Assembly (NCBI GenBank): GCA_002718715.1
Contig: PBFJ01000014.1
Span: forward strand, 12,447-76,446
DNA length: 64,000 nucleotides
Direction: 5' to 3'
Source of the DNA: a bacterium
GTDB taxonomy: Bacteria; Patescibacteriota; Gracilibacteria; UBA1369; GCA-2718715
Part shown: piece by piece, positions 50,895 through 60,768 of the stretch
Numbering within the stretch: the stretch's first letter is position 1
Layout: each line of letters begins with the position of its first letter
The notes under the pieces: generated by a model
Told to the model about the DNA's origin: nothing
Database searches by the model: none
What the model saw: the letters and a program-made list of their open reading frames with translations, nothing else
Made by a program: the position numbers and the translations under genes

Positions 50895-52442
50895 ATGCCA
50901 ATTAGAGAAGAGCGTTTGATTACCTTACGTAATCTAAACCCAAAACAAATAAATCCTTATTTAGGAAAGGATAAACTCATCCATTTGAATTCTGATGAAA
51001 TACACAGAGCGGTGCATCTTTGTAATTGGCAAATGTTTGTAGATCTGGGAATATTTACTGAGGAAGAAGCTAAGGGACCATTAGTAGAAAGAAACCTTGG
51101 AATGGGATCTGCTATAACATCTTTGAATCCAAATAGAGGATATCTAGCAAGTGGACTACCTAATGATATTAGCAAACCTATTCGAAATATTTTTAACGAC
51201 ATTTTTGAATTTAATGATCAGTATAACCAAATTACGAATTCTGGACCTATAAATGAAATCACCTATGGCCAAGCAAATAGTCTTACTGGTGCAAGCTCAC
51301 TAACACCTGAAGTTATTGATGAGGTTTTAAATTTAAGAGCGAGTCTTTTCTTTGATAGAAACTCATCTTTGATTGATCATCATTTAGGTTCGCTACAAGC
51401 AGCTTTAGACTTAAATAATAAAGCTTATTTTCACCGACTACTTGAGCAATCAGACTTAAAAGCTCCAGAAACTTTTATGGTTAGTTTAAGTAATTCTGAT
51501 TTAAATATATTACTTGAAGATGAATCCAAAGCAAAAGAAAATTTTTTACAATTATTAATTGCGAAATACCCAAGTTTTTCATTATCTACTAATTACTTCC
51601 TGAAGGTAAGTATTGGAGCTGGTGGAATAGGTTTAATTAGAACTGAATCCTCAAACGAAGATTTTCTAGGAATGCTTAAATTCTATAAAGCTACTAAAGA
51701 AAGAAATAGTGAAGTTGAAATTTTAGTTGCAAAACCTCTAGATATAGTTAGTCTTCCTGAAATTGATCCTTTAGATGTGGAAAATCAAATTGCATTTTCT
51801 CCATGTATGACAATGGTAATGACTCCAGATAATTTCATTTTGAGGCAAGCTGCAGAGCAGGTTTTAAAAAATGGAACTGCCTACATTGGAAGTATGTGGA
51901 ATATTCAAATGCAAGAAAATTTACTTTCTGTATTAGGAGAAAGATTTAATGAATTTGGAAGGTTAATTCAATCAACTGGATATACTGGAATTCTTGGAAC
52001 GGATTATATTTTAACACAAGTTCCAGGTGGACCAACAAGTTTAAGCATGGACGATTTACGCAAAATAAATCAAATGCAAGGAAGTGAAAAAGTTGAAGTA
52101 ATGAGATCTATGTTTGATTACACTTTGATTGGAGATTTAAATGCTCGTCAAAATGGTAATGGAGTAGGTGAAAAGGTTAAAACCTCACTTTTGTTAAGTG
52201 GAGTAAATGTCGAGAAAGCTTTTCAATGCGCAAAAACATTAGAAGGATCAAGTGAAAACACATTAGAACTATTAAATGATTCTTTTGGTAGTATGCAAAT
52301 TCAAAGAGTTGGTGATACTTTTAGTGGTGTTGTAATTCTACCTAGTTTAACACCTGAATTTGAAAATAAACTTGGATTAACAACCGTTTTTGTAAATCCA
52401 CAGCTTAGGCCTCAAGAATTTCAAAAATTACTTGATATGTAA
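50895..52442 (+). CDS. ATP-grasp-like protein of unknown specificity (515 aa)
   Basis: Ordered ATP-grasp-like motifs: DLNNKAYFHRLLEQSDLKAPETF, YFLKVSIGAGGIGLIR, EILVAKPLDI, GYTGILGTDYIL, IGDLNARQNG. The ~170-aa N-terminal domain is unrecognised. Confidence 0.5.
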   Translation: MPIREERLITLRNLNPKQINPYLGKDKLIHLNSDEIHRAVHLCNWQMFVDLGIFTEEEAKGPLVERNLGMGSAITSLNPNRGYLASGLPNDISKPIRNIFNDIFEFNDQYNQITNSGPINEITYGQANSLTGASSLTPEVIDEVLNLRASLFFDRNSSLIDHHLGSLQAALDLNNKAYFHRLLEQSDLKAPETFMVSLSNSDLNILLEDESKAKENFLQLLIAKYPSFSLSTNYFLKVSIGAGGIGLIRTESSNEDFLGMLKFYKATKERNSEVEILVAKPLDIVSLPEIDPLDVENQIAFSPCMTMVMTPDNFILRQAAEQVLKNGTAYIGSMWNIQMQENLLSVLGERFNEFGRLIQSTGYTGILGTDYILTQVPGGPTSLSMDDLRKINQMQGSEKVEVMRSMFDYTLIGDLNARQNGNGVGEKVKTSLLLSGVNVEKAFQCAKTLEGSSENTLELLNDSFGSMQIQRVGDTFSGVVILPSLTPEFENKLGLTTVFVNPQLRPQEFQKLLDM

Positions 52443-52446
52443 TTTT

Positions 52447-52469
52447 AAGGGGGGAAATCCCCCTTTTTT
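52447..52469 (+). terminator. Rho-independent terminator
   Basis: aagggggg-aaat-ccccctttttt. Confidence 0.8.
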
Positions 52470-52505
52470 AGTTTATAATAAATTTATACTATTTAACTTT
52501 TTATA

Positions 52506-53465
52506 ATGAGTAATAAATATGTAATTATGATCCATGGAGGAGCCGGAAATATTAAAGAAATGGATGATGAAAAAAAAGCAAAGTATCACAAAAGTTTAGA
52601 AATTATTTTAAAAAAATCTAGCCAAATTTTGCAAGAAGGTGCAAGCAGCTTAGAGGCTGTTACATTGGCAGTTAAACTACTTGAAGACGATGAACTATAT
52701 AATGCTGGGAAAGGATCGGTTTTGAATCACAAAGGAGAGTTTTCAATGGATGCCTCGATTATGGATGGTAAAAACTTAATGTCTGGTGCTGTAGCTGGAA
52801 TCTCCAAAATAAAAAACCCTGTAATGCTCGCGAAAAAAGTTTTAGAAGAATCTGAGCATGTAATGTTGATCTCGAATGAAGCAATGGATTTTGCCAAACA
52901 ATTTGATTTAGAGGCAAAAGAAAATTCTTACTTTGAAACTGAATATAGAAGAAAACAGTTTGAAGAGGCTTTAAAATCAAATAAAGTTGTCTTGGATCAC
53001 TCCTCTTTTGATAAAAAAGGAATTCAAGGTGATGAAAAGAAATACGGAACAGTTGGAGCTGTGGCTGTAGATAAAGATGGAAATATTGCAGCGGCTACAT
53101 CGACAGGTGGAATTGTAAATAAAAAATTTGGAAGAGTTGGCGACTCCCCTATTGTAGGATCTGGAGTTTATGCAGATAATGAAACTGCGGCTGTAAGTTC
53201 GACAGGTTATGGGGAACAATTTATTCGAACTGTAATTGCCAAGCATTTGGCTGATTTGATTGCAATGAAAGGTTTAAATTTAGTTGATGCAATGAATGAA
53301 TCTATTGAATACTTAACCAAAAAAGTTTCTGGACTGGGTGGAATGATTAGCGTTACTAAAGATTATAAATATGCCTCAAACTATAATACTCCAGGAATGA
53401 TCCATGGTGTTGCTAGCTCAGAAGGTGGAATTAATACTTCTTTAGAAAAGCCCTTAAATGCTTAA
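52506..53465 (+). CDS. Isoaspartyl peptidase / plant-type L-asparaginase (Ntn hydrolase)
   Basis: IMIHGGAGN, NAGKGSVLN, the autoprocessing site GTVGAVAVDKDGNIAAATSTGG, and GRVGDSPIVGSG. Confidence 0.9.
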   Translation: MSNKYVIMIHGGAGNIKEMDDEKKAKYHKSLEIILKKSSQILQEGASSLEAVTLAVKLLEDDELYNAGKGSVLNHKGEFSMDASIMDGKNLMSGAVAGISKIKNPVMLAKKVLEESEHVMLISNEAMDFAKQFDLEAKENSYFETEYRRKQFEEALKSNKVVLDHSSFDKKGIQGDEKKYGTVGAVAVDKDGNIAAATSTGGIVNKKFGRVGDSPIVGSGVYADNETAAVSSTGYGEQFIRTVIAKHLADLIAMKGLNLVDAMNESIEYLTKKVSGLGGMISVTKDYKYASNYNTPGMIHGVASSEGGINTSLEKPLNA

Positions 53466-53484
53466 AACACTTTTTGTACAAAAA

Positions 53485-53514
53485 TACCTACTTTATAAAC
53501 AAGTAGGTTTTTTG
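53485..53514. terminator. Bidirectional rho-independent terminator
   Basis: tacctactt-tataaac-aagtaggttttttg between convergent genes, flanked by A- and T-runs. Confidence 0.75.
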
Positions 53515-56500
53515 TTATTTTTTGTTTTCATTTTCCCAGATCAAGGCTCCACTGTCATAACTATAGGCACCTCCAAGGTGTATATTCTCTCCATATTTGA
53601 TTATTGCTCTGTCTTTTATTCTTTTTTGATTGATAAGATTTGGGAATTCTCCTCCTCTGTTAGTACAAGCCCCTAGAACCGCACCTTCTTTTTCAGGTAT
53701 TACAACTCCGTCAAAATCATTATCTAAAGCAAACTGAGAAACTCTTTCATACATAAAATCTAAACATGCTGAGTCACTAACACTCTCTAAAAAACTTTCA
53801 AATGGATTAGGGCCAAAGAAAAGATATTTTTTCCCATTTTTAAGTTCTATTTTTTGAAGCATAACTACTCCAACACATCGACCTTTTTCAGGATCCATTA
53901 ATACAAATTCAAAATAGTTTGGGTTCTCCCACATTCTTGCATCTCCGGCTATACATAAGTAAGCACCCATTCTGGCATTAGTAGTTTCTTGTGTTTTTGC
54001 AAAATAACCTTTTATAAGTCTTTCTTTTGATGATTTTTTATAAACTTCACCATTTGAATCATTCATTGACCTTTGCTTTTTACCCGTTGCTAATTTCTCT
54101 TGATATTTATTAACCTCCTGAAGAATTTGATTAATATCATATCCAATTGTTTGCTCAACTAGAGACTCTAAATTATTCTTAAACTTAAATCTAAGCTGTA
54201 AAAATTCTGACTTTAGCTCTTGAAATTTTTCAAAGGTGAATTCTCCAGAAAATTTTTCAAAAATAACATTAAACTCTTTATCAAATCTTTCTTTCTCTAA
54301 TTTATCTTTTAGATCTACCGCATTTGAGGATACCAACCTATTTAGAGTTCCTCGAATCATTTGAGGTTTTCTATCAGCAGGAATTTTTGTATTTTCAAAA
54401 GAGGCTTTTAATTTTTTCAATTGGGATTCTTTAAAGTCTTCGACTCCTAGTTTTTCTCCAGCTTGGTTTTCAAAAATTTCTTGAACGGCTGGCATATTAG
54501 GAGATTCTAAGCTCTTTTGAAAAATTTCATTTTGAAAAATATGTTTCATGTTTTCTCCATAGATAACAGATAATTCTTTTAACGTTAGATATTCTTTAGA
54601 TTTCTCATCATCAATTTTATTAACGCTCGTATTACTTTCTAATATATAATCGGCTAAATTTTCTTGAAAAACGTATTTATAAATTACAAGTAAATCCAAA
54701 ATATTTTGATCTCTATCTTTTGCAGGCTTTAAAGATTCGTGAAGAATCATTGAGAGAATTTTTTCATTTAATTCAAGATCTAAGTCTATATATGGATTAT
54801 CTGGATTTGCTAAAAATATTTGATCTACAAGATTATTAAAATCTGAAACTAAAGATTCTTGATTGGCATCCCTAGAGTTTACAAAATCTTTGATTTTATA
54901 AATTCTCTTAGAATAAGCATCAATTACTTCTGGATTAAGAATCATACCCTCTTTAACTTCATACCCAAGTAATCCACTTAAAGTTGTTTCATATCCATTT
55001 CTATCAAATGTGAAGTGGTCAAGATGGGAAGTTTGATCTCCAAGGGTGGCATTTTTTTCATGAGTAGAATAGTTTCCAGGTGGATAAACCATTTTACACA
55101 TTGAAATATAATAAGGAAGAGATCGGTATTCTTCTAGTTGGTCTTGTGACAAATTCAAATCAATAAGATTTCTTGATTCAATTTTAATTTTTTCAATAAT
55201 TTGAAAAGCCTCTTCTTTTGATTGTGATTTATATACGTCAATGAATGAATTAATGATATGTTTATCAATCGGTCCATCTAACTTAGAATACTCGAAGTAA
55301 TACTTTAAATTTTCAACAGGTTGATTTTTAAGATTAGTTTTGTTAAAAAACTCCAAAAGAAGGTCATAACCAAATTGTTCTCTATATTTACAAACAAATT
55401 TGGCGTAGATATGAGTTTGTTCATTTAATCCTAACTCCTCAAAATTAAACTTTGAAAATAAATATCTATTATCTTTATCGCTTAAGTCGTTTTGAACTAA
55501 ATTATTTAAAATATTTATTGACTCAATTGGAGATTCAAAATTAATACAATTAATAAGATGTAAGAAATCAAAATCCAATTTAAAAATTTCTTGTATAGTA
55601 TTCAAATCATGAATATTCTTACAAAGTTTTTCAAAAGCATTTTCTAAATTGTAATCTTTTTTCTGATAAGAGTTTGATAATGCTTTTTCAAGAGTTGTTA
55701 AATTTTGGGTAATAAAATTAACAAGATCTTGTTTATTAGGAAAGTATTTTTCAAGAATAATAATTTCTCCTATAAAATGGGGTTCTTTTAAAACAAACTC
55801 AAAAAGCATTGATGATCTTAAATCCTCTTTTGAAGTTAATTGGGAAATTCTATGAACTTCAATTCTATTTTCAGAAAGTTTTGTGTAGATTTCATCTAAG
55901 TCATTTAAAGAATATTCTAATATTAAATCATTATTAATCAAACACTCTAAAATGCTTTCAAATTTTTGAGGTTGTGTTTCTTCTAAGAAAAATTTAATTT
56001 TTGGATGATCTAAATTAAAATCAACTGAATCTAATAACTTTATTATATTCTTAGATTTAATTTTTTGGATAACAATAATTATTTTATCTAACTTCAGTTT
56101 ATCGAGTTGGGAAATATTAAGTATTTCGTCTAGAATTCCAACTACGAATCTAGAAGTGAAAATTGATGAATTAGTTTTCAAGAAATCAATAAATTCTTCA
56201 GGTTTAAATTGATTAAGGGTATTACAGTTAAATAGCTTTAAGAAAAATCTAACACCCAAAATCGAATTGGATTCGAAAACTGTTTTTAAGTAAATAAAAT
56301 CTTCAACAGTAGCAATTGCAGAAAAAGAAGTAAATTCTGTAGAATCAAAAAGATTTACAAATTCTGAAAAACTATATTTACCAGCTGATGATGTGATGAT
56401 CTCAAAAATTTCTTTATATTCAATACCAGAGTTGGATGCAACTTCTTTTAACTTATCAAAAAGTTTTTGATGTCCAAAATATGCCTTGCTGGATAAAATA

Positions 56501-57918
56501 AAATCTAATTCAAAGACTTCTTTAACATTTGATAATTGTTTTATTCTATTATGAGTCTGAGAGGATGTTGTATTGCCAATAAAGGCGTTTACTCTTTTTA
56601 ATTGTTCCAAAACTTTAGTGGCATCAGAATCGAATTCAACTAAAGAATTTAATAACTCATTGATGAAATCATCAATCAATGTATGTAAAACTGCTCTTCT
56701 AGCTGAACGGTTAGGCTGTGATTTAATTTCTTTTAATTCCTCTAAAATAGCATTAGCATTTTCTTTTGAAATATTTTCTAATCTAAGAATTTGAGTAAAA
56801 ATTTTAAAATTTAAATCTCTTAAATTTGATTGATCTATATTTTCAAATATTTCTACAAAAAGATCGGAATTCGAAAATAAAACTTCTGAATTTTCATCAA
56901 TAATTTGTAGTAGATCAGTATATGACTCAAAATCAAATTTGTTATAAAATTTTATAAAAATAGGAATACTGTTGGTCGATTTGAAATCATAATCATCAAG
57001 AATACTGTAGATATCATCGTTTAAACGAAACCTCATAAATTTTTGAGATAAAGCGTTATTAAATTCACTTAAATAATCCTGATATTTCGGAGAATCTTTA
57101 TACTTGAAAGCTAATGTAAAAGCATCATAATTATTAAATAAATAATCAATATGATTTATGATGAACTGTTCATCGTAAAATTCATTTCGAATAAAAAAGT
57201 TAAGAATAACATTTATTTTTGATGCAAAAGTGCTTCTTTTAAACAGTTCTAAAATTGTATCATTTGAAAAATTATTAAGAATTTCTTCATGTCTTTCCAT
57301 AAATAAACTTAACTTTTCAAATCCACCGTATCTTGGCTGTGGTCCAAAGGACATATCATTCGAATCTAAAATTTGAACACATAATTTTTGAATTTCTGGT
57401 TGATTTGAAAAATTATCAGCAATTAATTTAAATGAATTGTTAAAATAATAATTATTAAGGAGCCTTTCATGTGGCAGAAATAAATTTAAAAAATTATTAA
57501 AACTTTGGGGGGAAGAAAATTGTTCTTGAAGAGATAAAATTTCGAAAAATTGATTAATTTTTTTGTTTTGTTTTTTTACTATTTCAAGACATAAACTTAC
57601 TGATTCCCATTTAAACATATCACTTTTAAGAGTTGAATATAGTTTTTTTACTTGTTGAGATAATTCTTTTTTATCTAGGAAAAATTCATCTTTCAATAAT
57701 TGATTGATTTGAAGTTTGCAGTTTGAAATAAAAGAAGACTCTTGTCTTTCGACTTCCCTTGCTACTCTTAAAATTTCTTTTTCGTTATCATCACCTAGTA
57801 ATCTTTGAATAGAACTTTGAATGAAGGAAGTTGTTTTATTTATTTCTTTAATGTCTTCGATTTTATACCCCAAAGCTTCCGCTCTTTTAATCAATGAATC
57901 ATTATAAATTTCTACCAT
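53515..57918 (-). CDS. Giant soluble orphan protein (1467 aa)
   Basis: Uninterrupted 4.4-kb ORF. N/K/E/F/L-rich, apparently helical for ~1,250 aa, with no TM or signal peptide. A distinct ~200-aa C-terminal globular region (..YLCIAGDARMWENPNYFEFVLMDPEKGRCVGVVMLQKIELKNGKKYLFFGPNPF..GACTNRGGEFP..) has no recognised family. Confidence 0.9.
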   Translation of the reverse strand: MVEIYNDSLIKRAEALGYKIEDIKEINKTTSFIQSSIQRLLGDDNEKEILRVAREVERQESSFISNCKLQINQLLKDEFFLDKKELSQQVKKLYSTLKSDMFKWESVSLCLEIVKKQNKKINQFFEILSLQEQFSSPQSFNNFLNLFLPHERLLNNYYFNNSFKLIADNFSNQPEIQKLCVQILDSNDMSFGPQPRYGGFEKLSLFMERHEEILNNFSNDTILELFKRSTFASKINVILNFFIRNEFYDEQFIINHIDYLFNNYDAFTLAFKYKDSPKYQDYLSEFNNALSQKFMRFRLNDDIYSILDDYDFKSTNSIPIFIKFYNKFDFESYTDLLQIIDENSEVLFSNSDLFVEIFENIDQSNLRDLNFKIFTQILRLENISKENANAILEELKEIKSQPNRSARRAVLHTLIDDFINELLNSLVEFDSDATKVLEQLKRVNAFIGNTTSSQTHNRIKQLSNVKEVFELDFILSSKAYFGHQKLFDKLKEVASNSGIEYKEIFEIITSSAGKYSFSEFVNLFDSTEFTSFSAIATVEDFIYLKTVFESNSILGVRFFLKLFNCNTLNQFKPEEFIDFLKTNSSIFTSRFVVGILDEILNISQLDKLKLDKIIIVIQKIKSKNIIKLLDSVDFNLDHPKIKFFLEETQPQKFESILECLINNDLILEYSLNDLDEIYTKLSENRIEVHRISQLTSKEDLRSSMLFEFVLKEPHFIGEIIILEKYFPNKQDLVNFITQNLTTLEKALSNSYQKKDYNLENAFEKLCKNIHDLNTIQEIFKLDFDFLHLINCINFESPIESINILNNLVQNDLSDKDNRYLFSKFNFEELGLNEQTHIYAKFVCKYREQFGYDLLLEFFNKTNLKNQPVENLKYYFEYSKLDGPIDKHIINSFIDVYKSQSKEEAFQIIEKIKIESRNLIDLNLSQDQLEEYRSLPYYISMCKMVYPPGNYSTHEKNATLGDQTSHLDHFTFDRNGYETTLSGLLGYEVKEGMILNPEVIDAYSKRIYKIKDFVNSRDANQESLVSDFNNLVDQIFLANPDNPYIDLDLELNEKILSMILHESLKPAKDRDQNILDLLVIYKYVFQENLADYILESNTSVNKIDDEKSKEYLTLKELSVIYGENMKHIFQNEIFQKSLESPNMPAVQEIFENQAGEKLGVEDFKESQLKKLKASFENTKIPADRKPQMIRGTLNRLVSSNAVDLKDKLEKERFDKEFNVIFEKFSGEFTFEKFQELKSEFLQLRFKFKNNLESLVEQTIGYDINQILQEVNKYQEKLATGKKQRSMNDSNGEVYKKSSKERLIKGYFAKTQETTNARMGAYLCIAGDARMWENPNYFEFVLMDPEKGRCVGVVMLQKIELKNGKKYLFFGPNPFESFLESVSDSACLDFMYERVSQFALDNDFDGVVIPEKEGAVLGACTNRGGEFPNLINQKRIKDRAIIKYGENIHLGGAYSYDSGALIWENENKK

Positions 57919-57946
57919 TGTCTAAAATATTAACTATAATCATATT

Positions 57947-57975
57947 ATCATAGCATGCTTTTGACTTTTTATCAA
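57947..57975 (-). promoter_or_regulatory. Sigma70-like promoter with extended -10 for the 1467-aa gene
   Basis: Minus strand TTGATA (57970-57975), 17-nt spacer, TGcTATGAT (-10 at 57947-57952). Confidence 0.5.
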
Positions 57976-58002
57976 CTCAGGTATCCTGCTTAGTTGTAAG
58001 TT

Positions 58003-58416
58003 TTACTTTTGTTTAAGAACTGTTAAAAATTGACTTCTTAATTGGTCTAAATTTTCATCTATAATTTCAGGAGAGAAATTGTGAGGCGGGATAGTTTCTG
58101 GAATATCTTCTTCTTTAATTTCTCTATAAGCCTCTTGATCAGCGATTTGCCATCCTTTAATTCCGCTGGTTTTAAAGATATCAATGGTTGTTTTTACAAT
58201 AAAATTATCACGCATTGAAATTAAAAATGCCCTTTGTGAATTTGGTACTTCATTAATTCTTTGATAATCATAGTTAATACCTTCGAGAATTCTAAGCGCT
58301 CTATTTGAATCTACGTTAGATAAAAATTGATTATACCTTTGCTCTGCATCAGCATCGTTTTTTAAAGGGTTAACGTTAAAAGTTAAACCTTCCCTTGAAA
58401 TACTTAGTTTTGTCAT
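58003..58416 (-). CDS. Hypothetical protein (137 aa)
   Basis: Intact ORF upstream of the 1467-aa gene on the same strand. No TM or signal peptide. No family recognised. Confidence 0.6.
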   Translation of the reverse strand: MTKLSISREGLTFNVNPLKNDADAEQRYNQFLSNVDSNRALRILEGINYDYQRINEVPNSQRAFLISMRDNFIVKTTIDIFKTSGIKGWQIADQEAYREIKEEDIPETIPPHNFSPEIIDENLDQLRSQFLTVLKQK

Positions 58417-58454
58417 ATTTTTCTTTAAATGTAAGTATATATATTAAAACTCTA

Positions 58455-58490
58455 TAACAAAAAGTCAAGCATTTGATAACTTGACTTTTA
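58455..58490 (-). terminator. Rho-independent terminator after the DM13-like gene
   Basis: Minus strand reads aaaagtcaag-ttatcaaatg-cttgactttttgtt. Confidence 0.6.
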
Positions 58491-58495
58491 TATCT

Positions 58496-58981
58496 TTAAA
58501 GACTGGCGTAGCTAAAAACTTTTTTAAATGGTACACAATAAACCTGGACTTGATCATATTGATTTAAATCCAAGCTTTCAGGAATTTGATAATTTACATT
58601 TCCCTTAGTAGCTTTGATTGGGCCTAAATCATGATAAATATCTTTGTTTTTAGAATTAACTAAATATATATTCAAACTTGGTCCGTTGATGGTTTCAAAA
58701 TTTTCGAACCTTAAGATTCTTTGATTATTTTGTTGTAGAACTAAGGCTTGACCTTTTACGTCATAAGCAGCTTTTTGAAAGTCATTTTGACTTAAAATCT
58801 CAGGCTGACCTTGAATATTTTTCTGCTTAGGATCTTGTAATTCAGAATTTCCTGGTTTTTCAAACGATATTTCTTCATTTTTTTCAAGTACAATAAAAGC
58901 TGGTAAAACTAGGTAATACCCCAGTACAAAAACTAGTATAAATATTGGAATAAGGAATTTTTTTTGAAGTAATTTTTTCAT
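58496..58981 (-). CDS. DM13-domain-like membrane-anchored protein
   Basis: N-terminal TM, then ..VKGQALVLQQNNQRILRFENFETINGPSLNIYLV.., which matches the DM13 pattern (F.t.nGPdL.vyL). Confidence 0.55.
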   Translation of the reverse strand: MKKLLQKKFLIPIFILVFVLGYYLVLPAFIVLEKNEEISFEKPGNSELQDPKQKNIQGQPEILSQNDFQKAAYDVKGQALVLQQNNQRILRFENFETINGPSLNIYLVNSKNKDIYHDLGPIKATKGNVNYQIPESLDLNQYDQVQVYCVPFKKVFSYASL

Positions 58982-59016
58982 AATATTTTACAAGATTAAT
59001 TTACATCTTCCGATGA

Positions 59017-59838
59017 TTATCGGTTTAGGGGAAGATTGAAAAAAGTTCCAGAATCACTAGATGTAGAATACATTGGAAGTTTTCCATCCCATTTTTCTAT
59101 TGCCTTAAGCTTAACGTAGTTTTCACCACCTTGTTTTGAAATTGATTCGGCTTGAATACGAATTGCCTCTGCTTCAGCTTTAGCATATTGAATTTTTTGT
59201 TCAGCCTCAAATTTCACTCTCTCTAAATCGTTTTTAGCTTTTAAAGCTTGTTGAACGGCTGTTTGCTTTGCCTCTAAAGCATTGTCGAAACTTTCTGAGA
59301 ACTCCAGGTTGTTTACTGAAACCGCTACAACGTTGATGTTGTGTTGAGTTAATCTTTCTTGAAGAATGGCTCTCATCATTTCTCCAACTTCCGCACGATT
59401 TTGTAGGATTTCTACAGCATCATACTTAGCTGTTGATTGTTTAATTGCTTCATTTACGGCAGGGTAAATCACATTGTATTCATAACCTTTAGAAAGAGTT
59501 TGATAGATTTTATCTACTTTTTCTGGTTGGAGTGAATAATTTACTGAAATAGTTGTAAAAACTGATTGTCCATCTTTTGAAGCGGCTTGACTTTTTTGGA
59601 TGTCAAACCTTTGGACTTTCACATCCATTTTTACAACAGAATCAACAATTGGCATTTTAAAATTAAGTCCTTCATTGAAGACTTTTCCTGTTACTTGTCC
59701 CAAACGAACAACTACTCCTCTTTGTCCCGGTCCTACAATTGTGAAAGTCGATCCTACAAAAAGGATTGCAAGTATTATTAAATAAATAAAACTTTTTTTA
59801 ACTGGAAAGCCATTGGAGCTTAAATCAAATTGGTTCAT
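59017..59838 (-). CDS. SPFH/band-7 (prohibitin-like) membrane protein
   Basis: N-terminal TM, GPGQRGVVVRLGQVTGKVFNEGLNFKMPIVDSVVKMDVKVQ, and a C-terminal coiled coil. Confidence 0.9.
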   Translation of the reverse strand: MNQFDLSSNGFPVKKSFIYLIILAILFVGSTFTIVGPGQRGVVVRLGQVTGKVFNEGLNFKMPIVDSVVKMDVKVQRFDIQKSQAASKDGQSVFTTISVNYSLQPEKVDKIYQTLSKGYEYNVIYPAVNEAIKQSTAKYDAVEILQNRAEVGEMMRAILQERLTQHNINVVAVSVNNLEFSESFDNALEAKQTAVQQALKAKNDLERVKFEAEQKIQYAKAEAEAIRIQAESISKQGGENYVKLKAIEKWDGKLPMYSTSSDSGTFFNLPLNR

Positions 59839-59854
59839 TGTATATAGTTAAATT

Positions 59855-60424
59855 TTAGATAAATGGATTTTTAGATTCAAAAGATAAAATTTTTGTTTGA
59901 TTAACTTTATCCCTGGAAATATTATATTTCTTTGCATACTGATAATCAACAGAATCAAAAATTGCATGATTATAATTGAAGCCTAGTTTTTGTGATAGTT
60001 TTTTTACATTTTCTTCATTTGTAGATTCTATCTCAACAAATGGATCTAAAAATGGCCAGGTATCAAGCATGATTTGACAACCATCAATCTCCCAGAGTTC
60101 TCTTTTGGTTTCTTGGAAACTTTTTTGTTTAAATCCTGTAAACTCTAAGAAACTTATAGCTTCTTCAAAAGAATCAATTTTTAATTCTACTTCTTTTTGT
60201 CTATGTATAGAATCATCTTCTTCGAAAACTTTAAGAGTTAAAGTTATTTTATCGAATTCTTTTCTGACTCTAACAAAAGCATTTTTATTTGCAGTTGGTA
60301 AATTAAAATTACTTCGAACTTGTATAAATTCTTTTTGAATTAAAGATGCGCCTAAGCTATTTAATTTTTTTCGTAATTGCTCATGATCAACACATGAAAA
60401 GGTTGCTTCAAATTCAGTTTTCAT
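59855..60424 (-). CDS. CYTH-domain protein (CyaB-like class IV adenylyl cyclase / triphosphatase fold)
   Basis: N-terminal TEFEATF, FVRVRKE..ITLTLK, KEVELKI, and LDTWPFLDPFVEIES at the C-terminal end of the domain. Confidence 0.7.
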   Translation of the reverse strand: MKTEFEATFSCVDHEQLRKKLNSLGASLIQKEFIQVRSNFNLPTANKNAFVRVRKEFDKITLTLKVFEEDDSIHRQKEVELKIDSFEEAISFLEFTGFKQKSFQETKRELWEIDGCQIMLDTWPFLDPFVEIESTNEENVKKLSQKLGFNYNHAIFDSVDYQYAKKYNISRDKVNQTKILSFESKNPFI

Positions 60425-60656
60425 CTTTGTTTTTCTTTAATTTATCATACTCCTTGTAGTAACTTTTTCCCATGTTACCGAAAAAACCTGCAACTTTTCT
60501 TCCATACTCGAAAGCTTTTGGCTCATCTTTAGATGGTTTTTGTTTCTCAAAATTAGCAAGTTTTTTAAAACCTTTAGTTACTAAATTATCAACCGTATTT
60601 TGAACATGAGCAAAGGTTTTACCTATTAATTTTGGGATCTGATTTTTTTTAGTCAT
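60414..60656 (-). CDS. Hypothetical small basic protein (80 aa)
   Basis: Intact ORF overlapping the CYTH gene start by 11 nt. No family recognised. Confidence 0.5.
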   Translation of the reverse strand: MTKKNQIPKLIGKTFAHVQNTVDNLVTKGFKKLANFEKQKPSKDEPKAFEYGRKVAGFFGNMGKSYYKEYDKLKKNKDEN

Positions 60657-60768
60657 GTCATAAAATTATTTAATTTATTATAGCAATATAGTTGTGATTT
60701 ACAAAATTGCAACCTAGTTGCGTTTTGGGATTACACATGTAAAATATAATTGTATATAATATTTTGTT

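Noticed and set aside
52759-53246. Minus-strand ORFs 52759-52980 and 52977-53246 inside the isoaspartyl peptidase gene, and plus-strand ORF 53458-53676.
   Set aside because: They are antisense or overlapping relative to genes with unambiguous family motifs, or relative to the 1467-aa ORF.
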